Positions 33,075 through 39,496 of a stretch of 41,284 nt of DNA are shown here, piece after piece; position 1 is the stretch's first letter; each line of letters opens with the position of its first letter. Source of the DNA: a virus; IMG/VR virus record IMGVR_UViG_3300031539_000107, positions 1 to 41,284 of that record; one strand, written 5' to 3'. The notes beneath the pieces were generated by a model. That model worked only from the letters and a program-made list of their open reading frames with translations. It was not told the DNA's origin and ran no database searches. The position numbers and the translations under genes are program-made.

Positions 33075-33694
33075 GCGTCCTCCTGGGGGGCGCGGGTGAC
33101 GATGGAGGCCTTCGTGGGCCGGACGCCGTACGCGAACCTGGGGTCCTTCTCGGAGGGCTCGACGGTGACCGTGAACGTGACCGTGTCCCCCCTCTGGGCT
33201 CCATAGATCCCGGAGGGGAGGGTGAGCCACAGCTTCCAGCCCTCGGTCGTCTTGACGAGGATCTTGGTCGTGGTCCCATACCCCCAGTCCTGGGAGCGGG
33301 AGCCGAGGATCTCACCCGTCACCTGGAGCCGGCCCTGGGGGGCGTTGGTCCCCGCGTCACGCTCCGCGTCCTCCTGGAGGGCGTACGCGTGGTCCCGCTC
33401 CAGCTGGAGGCGGGCCTGCTCGGCGGCCTGGATCCCTGCCTGGAGGGCGGCCTCCTTGTCGATGATCGCCTGGAAGAAGGCCGCCTGCTCCTCAAGTTCG
33501 ACGGTGGGCCAGTACCGCTCGACCACCCACTCGAAAGAACGGCTGTCCTTGCCCCCGCAGCGGAAGCAGGTGAAGCCGGGCCAGCCTGCGTAGCCGCCGG
33601 CACCGCCGCAGCGGTGGCAGGGCTCGTGGTGTCCAACGTGGCTCCGCAGCCGCTTGAGAGCGGTCAGCTTGCGCTTGGCCTGGGCCGCGTTCAT
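33071..33694 (-). CDS. First early gene: zinc-ribbon plus beta-rich (OB-like) protein, function unknown
   Basis: ATG 33694 follows the AGGAGA RBS. CHRCGGAGGYAGWPGFTCFRCGG is a CxxC...CxxC motif, followed by a helical linker and a beta-rich C-terminal domain. Confidence 0.65.
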   Translation of the reverse strand: MNAAQAKRKLTALKRLRSHVGHHEPCHRCGGAGGYAGWPGFTCFRCGGKDSRSFEWVVERYWPTVELEEQAAFFQAIIDKEAALQAGIQAAEQARLQLERDHAYALQEDAERDAGTNAPQGRLQVTGEILGSRSQDWGYGTTTKILVKTTEGWKLWLTLPSGIYGAQRGDTVTFTVTVEPSEKDPRFAYGVRPTKASIVTRAPQEDA

Positions 33695-33838
33695 CGTGGT
33701 GGTTCTCCTGTCGGAGGGGGTCGGTCTGAACCTGCCACAAAGATAGGCAGGCCCCAGGGGTTGTCAAGGGGGTAACGGGGCCACCCCGGTACCTTGTTAC
33801 ACGATCGTTACGGTTGAGGCCTGCCTCAGCCTGGCGGG

Positions 33839-33854
33839 TGAGCGATTGAGCGAT
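33839..33854. repeat. Tandem TGAGCGAT x2 (a third forward copy is at 33911-33918)
   Basis: Read directly: gTGAGCGATTGAGCGATc. Confidence 0.9.
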
Positions 33855-34093
33855 CTTCGGAGGGGGGCGTTGAAAACCGCTCGGCCGGGAGGGCTTGGGA
33901 GAGAAGGCTTTGAGCGATAGAGCAGGAATGAGCAGTTTTTTATAGTAGTAGTAGTAAAAAGAGATCTGTGCATTCATGTATACGCTCATACGTGTACACG
34001 CTATATAGAGCCTTTTCGGAAATGACTGCTCAATCGCTCAGATTGCTCTTTTCGTTGGGAGAGTAGGCGTGTTGGGCGAGCGATCGTGTTTTG

Positions 34094-34128
34094 GGATCGC
34101 TCAGGATCGCTCAGGATCGCTCGGATCG
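34094..34128. repeat. Tandem 10-mer GGATCGCTCA x3.5 (contains the reverse complement of GAGCGAT and four GATC sites)
   Basis: Read directly: GGATCGCTCAGGATCGCTCAGGATCGCTCGGATCG. Further copies: ATCGCTCA at 34033-34040 and cGAGCGAT at 34077-34084. Confidence 0.9.
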
Positions 34129-34228
34129 TTGTGGGAGTAGGGGTGGGCCAGGTTGGCAATCCTTGGGGAGGTCGTGAGACACTACCTTGGGGGCCGAGGA
34201 GCAGACTACAACCCCCCGGGAGGGCGAC

Positions 34229-34768
34229 ATGGCTGGCGGACGACCGATGCTCAGGGAGATGGAGGCGACCGTGCTGGCCCATGGCGGGGACGCCTGGATC
34301 TTCACGATGGTGGCCGATGGGATGGCCCTCAAGGAGGTAGCGGCCCAGCTCGGCTGCTCCCGGCCCTACCTGTACACCTGGATCAATGCAGGGGGAGAGG
34401 ACCGGAAGAGGGCGTACGCGGAAGCCCGGAAGCTGTCCGCCGTGGCGAAGGAGGAGCAGGGGGAGGAGATCCTCCAGGACCTGCACGAGTGCGGTGCGGT
34501 GGAGCTGAAGGCGCCGGAGGTCACGCTCGCCGTGGCACGGTCCAAGTACGCCCAGTGGCAGGCGGAGATCCGGGACCGGGAGCAGTACGGGGGGAAGGGC
34601 CAGATCGCGGTCAACGTCTCGATCGGGTCACTCCACCTGGATGCGCTGAGAGCTCGTGGGCCGGGGTACGTGGCCGTGGCTGCACCGGTGGAGGTGCCGC
34701 TCGAGCTGGCGCCGGCGGAGGTGGTGGAGGACTCGGAAGAGGAGGACATCCATGAGCTTCTGGGCTGA
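34229..34768 (+). CDS. terS: Terminase small subunit (HTH-type, putative)
   Basis: ATG 34229 follows GGGAGGG. MAGGRP...ALKEVAAQLGCSRPYLYTWI...AYAEARKLSA...VARSKYAQWQAEIRDREQYGGK matches the common HTH small-terminase layout. Acidic C-terminus. Confidence 0.65.
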   Translation: MAGGRPMLREMEATVLAHGGDAWIFTMVADGMALKEVAAQLGCSRPYLYTWINAGGEDRKRAYAEARKLSAVAKEEQGEEILQDLHECGAVELKAPEVTLAVARSKYAQWQAEIRDREQYGGKGQIAVNVSIGSLHLDALRARGPGYVAVAAPVEVPLELAPAEVVEDSEEEDIHELLG

Positions 34769-34955
34769 TGGTGGGAAGGAGGGCAACCGGGCTCTGATGA
34801 TCGCCGTGCTCGTGGTCCTCCTGGCGTTCCTTCTCTCGCTGCTCCTGAAGGACGCCAGCCCGTTCAACATCACTGCGCCCGGTACGGCGTTGGGGAAGTT
34901 CGGGTATGACGCGGTTCGTGCTCGCGGTGGCCCACGCCGGATGGAGGGGGAGTGA
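34752..34955 (+). CDS. Single-pass membrane protein (holin/antiholin candidate)
   Basis: ATG 34752 follows GAGGAGGA. TM helix ALMIAVLVVLLAFLLSLLL. Its stop overlaps the amidase start. Confidence 0.5.
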   Translation: MSFWADGGKEGNRALMIAVLVVLLAFLLSLLLKDASPFNITAPGTALGKFGYDAVRARGGPRRMEGE

Positions 34956-35434
34956 TGTACTCGCCAAACGTAAGCTCGCGCCAGGGTATGCCGATCCGTC
35001 TCATTGTTGTACACGGGGACGCGGGTAGGAGCGATGAAGGCACAGTCTCCTGGATCCTGAACCCCAAGAGTAGGGTGAGCTACCACTACCTGGTGGGCCG
35101 GCAGGGCACGGTCACTCAGCTGGTGAGGGATGAGGACAAGGCCTGGCACGCGGGGAAGAGCACCTGGCCCGCCTGCTCACATCTCGGCTCCGTCAACCAC
35201 ATGAGCCTGGGCGTCGCCTTCGCGAATGACGGGACGGGAGGGGAGGAGTACGGTGAGGCGCAGCTGAAGGCCGGCGCCGACCTCGTGGCTCGTCTCTGCC
35301 ACAAGTACGAGCTCTCCCCCACGTACGATGTCGCCCGGCACTCTGATGTCAGTCCGGGCAGGAAGACCGATCCCTGGTCCTGGTTTCCGTGGGACTGGTT
35401 CATCGAGGACATCGATGGTCGAGTCGTGGTATGA
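34955..35434 (+). CDS. N-acetylmuramoyl-L-alanine amidase (T7 lysozyme/PGRP type endolysin)
   Basis: IVVHGDAG...SYHYLVGRQGTVTQLV..DKAWHAG...ARHSDVSPGRKTDPW are amidase_2 zinc-ligand and catalytic motifs. An alternative GTG start is at 34952. Confidence 0.88.
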   Translation: MYSPNVSSRQGMPIRLIVVHGDAGRSDEGTVSWILNPKSRVSYHYLVGRQGTVTQLVRDEDKAWHAGKSTWPACSHLGSVNHMSLGVAFANDGTGGEEYGEAQLKAGADLVARLCHKYELSPTYDVARHSDVSPGRKTDPWSWFPWDWFIEDIDGRVVV

Positions 35435-35706
35435 AGCGCGTGCCCACGAGGTTGCGAGTGGGTCAGCTCGTCATCTGCTACTGGCTCGACGCGAGCTGGG
35501 CTCACCACGTCCATGAGGACGAGAGGGTGACCCCCGTTAGAGTGAAGACTGTGGGCTGGATCCGGGAGCGCACGGACAGGTTCATCACACTCCAGGCTGA
35601 GTCGTTCCTCGACGAGCATGTGTCCGGTGATGGGCGCGACGTGACGACGGTGACCGCTGCTATGCTGCGGAGGGTGATCATCCTACAGGAAGAGGGGGCG
35701 TGGTGA
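35431..35706 (+). CDS. Hypothetical 91-aa protein in the lysis cassette
   Basis: ATGA overlap with the amidase stop. Confidence 0.55.
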   Translation: MKRVPTRLRVGQLVICYWLDASWAHHVHEDERVTPVRVKTVGWIRERTDRFITLQAESFLDEHVSGDGRDVTTVTAAMLRRVIILQEEGAW

Positions 35707-36143
35707 GCACACAGGCTTGGACACTCGTGATCTGCCATCTACCGTTGGTCTTGTGGCTGGTGATGGATCAGTTCCGGACTGCCAACCGTTGGGCTGATGG
35801 ACTTGAGACGCACTTCCCGTCCTGGTTCCAATGGAACAACTCAGGCGACAAGGTCTCCTGGGTCCATCACGGGCTGATAGCGTTCGGTGTATCGCTCTAT
35901 GGTGGGCTGCTGTCCTTCCTGGTGCCGGAGTCGTTCGTGTTTGGCGCCGCCCTCCTTGGTTGGTGCGCGTTCGCTGCTTACGTGGTGCGTGAGCTGTGGG
36001 GTGCGACGTGGGGCGCGCCCAACACGTGGACGCATCCTCGCGCCCAGCGCGTGGGCTGGGCAGTGGACGGGATGATGGACACACTTGGCCCGCTGCTCGT
36101 GGCTCTGGCCTGGGCACGGGCATGGGGTGTGAGCCGTGGGTAA
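35703..36143 (+). CDS. Multi-pass membrane protein (holin candidate)
   Basis: GTG 35703 (GTGA overlap) or GTG 35700. About 4 hydrophobic helices (WTLVICHLPLVLWLV, GLIAFGVSLYGGLLSFLV, FGAALLGWCAFAAYVV, LGPLLVALAWA). Confidence 0.55.
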   Translation: MSTQAWTLVICHLPLVLWLVMDQFRTANRWADGLETHFPSWFQWNNSGDKVSWVHHGLIAFGVSLYGGLLSFLVPESFVFGAALLGWCAFAAYVVRELWGATWGAPNTWTHPRAQRVGWAVDGMMDTLGPLLVALAWARAWGVSRG

Positions 36144-36401
36144 GGGCTCGAGTCGTCGCCCGTCCTTGGTCAAGGACTCCGATCTCGAGGCCAACTGGGA
36201 TCTCACGTTCGGTGTTCATGAACCGCGAACTACTCCGCGGGACAGAGTACTCTGCGACACTGATCCTGTGCGCCCGAGACCGGATATTCGCATGCTGATA
36301 TCCGATTCACCTGCATCTCCATGCATCCCGGATGTATAGTCTATCACTGCCCAGATGCACGCATATGCATGAATCGGCGATGTGCCTGCTCGCACAACAG
36401 G

Positions 36402-36430
36402 TTTAGGCTCGACCACAACCACCCTATAAT
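36402..36430 (+). promoter_or_regulatory. Sigma70-like promoter candidate (TTTAGG-17 nt-TATAAT)
   Basis: A perfect TATAAT is at 36425-36430 inside the AT-rich island. A weak -35 lies at 17-nt spacing. It would give a leader of about 250 nt to the 36686 ORF. Confidence 0.35.
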
Positions 36431-36498
36431 ATCTATTATGTTAACCCGAAGCTTGAATGATCGCCAGCCCGGGGCCAGCGTGTTGGAGTGACACGGTC

Positions 36499-36524
36499 GG
36501 CCCCCCGCCTTGGGGCCCCCCGCC
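36499..36524. repeat. Direct repeat GGCCCCCCGCC x2, 15-bp period
   Basis: Read directly at 36499-36509 and 36514-36524. GGCCCC/GGGGCC can also pair as a 6-bp hairpin. Confidence 0.85.
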
Positions 36525-36565
36525 GGGGCAGCTGCCCACGCACCCGCTGGGACTCCCGGACGCCC

Positions 36566-36589
36566 GGAAAAATCCCCCAGGAAAAATCC
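36566..36589. repeat. Direct repeat GGAAAAATCC x2, 14-bp period
   Basis: Read directly at 36566-36575 and 36580-36589. Confidence 0.85.
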
Positions 36590-36685
36590 AGCCCTGACAC
36601 CGCCCTTGCCTCCCCCGCAACTCCCCGCCCCCTCCGATCCCCGCTACCCTGATTCCATGACTCCATTTCCAGCCAGGAGCGCGAG

Positions 36686-38761
36686 ATGAGCAGACTCGGG
36701 ATCGGGATCTCCCCCTCCATCAGCATGTCACAGGGCGGGGCCGGCGGTGGCGGCAACCTTCTCGCTGCAGCCCTCGCCCTCTGGGCTCTCCCCTCCTACA
36801 GCTCCACGACCGGGGCCGCCATCGACCTGGCTCCGAACGGGCCGGGCTCGTTGCGCGTAGGCCGCGGGCTGCACGGCTGGTACGGTTGGGTCAAGAAAGC
36901 CCTGATCGGGGACACCACGAGCGGGGATCGGGGGCTGATCCTGCCAGGGATCGCGGAGAACTATGCGAGCGTGCCGTCAGCAGGTACGACTTGGCCGAGT
37001 ACAGAGCTTGATGCTCAGTGCTTGGTGGTGCTGACTGACTGGACATCTGCCGCTGTTCCCAACCCAATCGGTAAATATACGACCACTGGAAACCAACGGT
37101 CGTGGCTGCTGCGGGTAAACGCGGCGGGCACCCTGGCGTTATTGATTTCTGCGAATGGTACCGCCGTTACTACTGCCACATCTTCCGCGGCAACGGGTGT
37201 AACTGATGCTACCCCGCAATGGGTTCGGGTCACATGGAGAGCGTCAGACGGACGGGTGCAGTTTTTCCTGGGCGGCACGGCTAGTACCCCGTCTTGGGTG
37301 CAGCTAGGTACGGACCAGGCGATTGCTCTGGCGACCATCTACGCATCAACTGCCATATTTGAGATCGGAGCGATTGACGCAGGCACGTCGAATCCAGTCA
37401 CCGGCACCATCTACCGCGCCATCATCAAGTCGTCCATCGGTGGGACGACGGTGCTGGACGCGGACTTCTCGACCCAAGCCCAGGGCACGCGTAGCTTCAC
37501 GTGCTCGACGGGTCAGGTCGTGACGGTCAACCAGGCCGGGACCTCGACGGCGGAACCGACGAATCTGTGGTACTCGGGGACGGTGTACGGGTGGCTGCCA
37601 GGCACGGCGGGCAACTACTTCTCGGTGCCGGACGAAGCGGCGCTGGATATCGTCGGGGATATTGATATCCGGTGCAAGGTGGCGCTCACGGATTGGACGC
37701 CTGATGCGGTGGTAATGCTTATCGCAAAAGACAATACGACAAACCAGCGTTCATATGAATTGTTCGTGATGCCGACAACGGGCACGTTGCGTCTCGCTTG
37801 GACGTCTGACGGGTCAACTCTAATTCAAATTGAGTCTACGGCGGCTCCTGTGGTAGCCGACGGTGAAGTCCTTTTTGTGCGTGCTACCCTAGATGTTGAT
37901 AACGGCGGCAACTACTTGGTCAGGTTTTACACGTCCACAGACGGAACAAGCTGGTCGCAGTTGGGCGCAGACGTAAACGGCGCAGGAACAACGTCAATTT
38001 TTCCCTCTACTACCGGGATTGTGTTTGGTGAGCGCGCTGGAGTGTTGTCTATGTCCGGCAAGTTCTACGCCGCCCAAATCTACTCCGGCATCGCAGGCAC
38101 CAAGGTCCTCGACATCGACTTCACCGCCCTGGCCTCCTACAACGCCGCACGCACGACGCTGACGGCTGTGACCGGGCAGGAGGTGACGATCAACCGCAGC
38201 ACCACGGGGCTCCAGACCTGGATCGTGGAGAAGAACGTCGCGCTCGGTGACAAGGTGGACGACTTCGTCGCGATGGATGACAGCGCGCTGACCGACGTCG
38301 CCGCTGGAGAGGAGATCACGCTCGCGGTCATGGGCCGCTGGTACGGCACCCCTGCCTCCACGTCCGTAATTGCGGGTAAGAAGAGTGGCACCACAGCCGC
38401 CAACGCAGGGTACCAGCTCCTCATCGACACCTCGAAGCAGCTGGTCGCCCAGGTCTCGGACGGTACCGACCTCGCCACCTCGACCTCTGCCGCGATGGCG
38501 GACGGCGTGGAGTGCATCCGCGTCCTGCGCCTACGGCGCGCGGTAAACCAGGTCGCTGGGGCAGTGAACGGCACCTGGTCCGTAGCGGGGGACGCTGCAG
38601 CGGTCGGGAGCCTGGACAACGCGGTCGGGTTCCGGCTGTTCGCCGGCGCCGCCGGGGCAGACTTCTCCCGTGGCGGGATCACGCACATGGCCCTCTTCAA
38701 GCGTTCACTCTCCGAGGAGGAGGTCGTTCACGGCCTCCCCTCGCTCTTCGCGAGGCTCTAA
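36686..38761 (+). CDS. Triple LamG/concanavalin-like domain protein (receptor-binding, fibre or moron candidate)
   Basis: AGGAG RBS. Three units of about 190 aa share a layout: LPG.A.NY.SVP...TDWT...NQRS..L.V...GTL.L......W..LG....G.IY...I. The third unit ends ITHMALFKRSLSEEEV, as LamG_3-type domains do. Confidence 0.7.
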   Translation: MSRLGIGISPSISMSQGGAGGGGNLLAAALALWALPSYSSTTGAAIDLAPNGPGSLRVGRGLHGWYGWVKKALIGDTTSGDRGLILPGIAENYASVPSAGTTWPSTELDAQCLVVLTDWTSAAVPNPIGKYTTTGNQRSWLLRVNAAGTLALLISANGTAVTTATSSAATGVTDATPQWVRVTWRASDGRVQFFLGGTASTPSWVQLGTDQAIALATIYASTAIFEIGAIDAGTSNPVTGTIYRAIIKSSIGGTTVLDADFSTQAQGTRSFTCSTGQVVTVNQAGTSTAEPTNLWYSGTVYGWLPGTAGNYFSVPDEAALDIVGDIDIRCKVALTDWTPDAVVMLIAKDNTTNQRSYELFVMPTTGTLRLAWTSDGSTLIQIESTAAPVVADGEVLFVRATLDVDNGGNYLVRFYTSTDGTSWSQLGADVNGAGTTSIFPSTTGIVFGERAGVLSMSGKFYAAQIYSGIAGTKVLDIDFTALASYNAARTTLTAVTGQEVTINRSTTGLQTWIVEKNVALGDKVDDFVAMDDSALTDVAAGEEITLAVMGRWYGTPASTSVIAGKKSGTTAANAGYQLLIDTSKQLVAQVSDGTDLATSTSAAMADGVECIRVLRLRRAVNQVAGAVNGTWSVAGDAAAVGSLDNAVGFRLFAGAAGADFSRGGITHMALFKRSLSEEEVVHGLPSLFARL

Positions 38762-38764
38762 CCC

Positions 38765-39109
38765 ATGGCCTTCATCGCCCTCAAGAAAGCGCCCGTCGAC
38801 GCGCTCACCCCGCAGGTCCGGAAGATGGTCCGCCTGATCCTGTCCCGTGTCGACCTGAACGAGACCCCACCCGTGCAGAAGACTCCGGCGGGCGTCGCGT
38901 ACTACGTCTACGACGACCCCCGGATCACGATTGAGGACGCCGCCTTCCTGACCAGGATGCTGGTCCAGATCGCGACCGCGCCTGCCCTCGTCACCACGAT
39001 CCCGGACGGAACCGCAGACCCGTTCGCGTACGTCGCCGTGGCCAACGGGGCGCCCGCCGCCTTGAAGATGTTCAACTCCCCTCCCGCTGACTGGACCCCC
39101 GTCTCCTAA
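38765..39109 (+). CDS. Hypothetical 114-aa protein
   Basis: ATG lies 3 nt after the upstream stop. Confidence 0.6.
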   Translation: MAFIALKKAPVDALTPQVRKMVRLILSRVDLNETPPVQKTPAGVAYYVYDDPRITIEDAAFLTRMLVQIATAPALVTTIPDGTADPFAYVAVANGAPAALKMFNSPPADWTPVS

Positions 39110-39121
39110 GGAACCCCGCAC

Positions 39122-39376
39122 ATGCCAGCCAACCTGCCCTCCCACGGTTCGTCCTGGATCCGTCCCGCCCAGTACGCGTTCGTGATCACCGCCGGCGCGT
39201 CCGCGCTCGCGCACCCCATCCGGGGGATCTACGTCGGCGTCTCCGGCGATATCACGGTCACCACGGACGGTGGCGACAGCGTCCAGTTCACGAACCTGGC
39301 CGCCGGCGTCATCCACCCGATCGCCGCGACCCACGTCACGGCAGCGACCGCGACCGGGATCGTCGGGGTCTACTAG
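39122..39376 (+). CDS. Hypothetical 84-aa beta-rich protein
   Basis: ATG 39122. G/V/T/A-rich (GIYVGVSGDITVTTDGGDSVQFTNLAAGVIHPIAATHVTAATATGIVGVY). Confidence 0.6.
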   Translation: MPANLPSHGSSWIRPAQYAFVITAGASALAHPIRGIYVGVSGDITVTTDGGDSVQFTNLAAGVIHPIAATHVTAATATGIVGVY

Positions 39377-39379
39377 CCC

Positions 39380-39496
39380 GTGATCACGATCACCATCCTG
39401 GTGGCCCTCGTCGCCTTCCTGGCGGCGGGGGCCGCCGCCCTCATCCGGGGCGTGTCCAACTTCGTCCTCCCCCCGCTCGATGACGACGACTTCTAA
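39380..39496 (+). CDS. Possible 38-aa transmembrane peptide (below the track cutoff)
   Basis: GTG 39380 lies 3 nt after the upstream TAG. Translates to VITITILVALVAFLAAGAAALIRGVSNFVLPPLDDDDF. Overlaps the terL start by 17 nt. Confidence 0.35.
   Translation: MITITILVALVAFLAAGAAALIRGVSNFVLPPLDDDDF

Larger units (their letters stand above)
33695..34228. promoter_or_regulatory. Divergent early/late control region with an AT-rich core and an 8-mer repeat array (promoters/operators, ori or pac)
   Basis: It is the only divergent intergenic region. The AT-rich core is about 33930-34020 (T6, (TAG)4, A5, GTATAC, GTGTACAC). TGAGCGAT or its complement occurs 8 times. Confidence 0.7.

Noticed and set aside
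33492-33989. Minus-strand ORF containing YYYYY across the control region.
   Set aside because: It is produced by the (TAG)4/(CTA)4 microrepeat and AT-rich core of the intergenic region. It has no RBS, and its composition switches abruptly. I treat it as non-coding.
34094-34128. Possible CRISPR array, suggested by short tandem repeats.
   Set aside because: The units are 10 bp with no spacers, only 3.5 copies are present, and there are no cas genes. It is an iteron or operator-type tandem, not CRISPR.
36144-36685. A tRNA or other structured RNA gene in the three large intergenic regions (17111-17311, 33695-34228, 36144-36685).
   Set aside because: I found no GGTTCGA/T-loop-like arm with matching acceptor pairing. 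GGTTCACACCC at 17209 lacks complementary stems. A covariance-model scan is still needed to be certain.
36686-38761. Diversity-generating retroelement targeting the LamG gene.
   Set aside because: No reverse transcriptase ORF and no template-repeat copy of any part of the gene were visible elsewhere in the genome.
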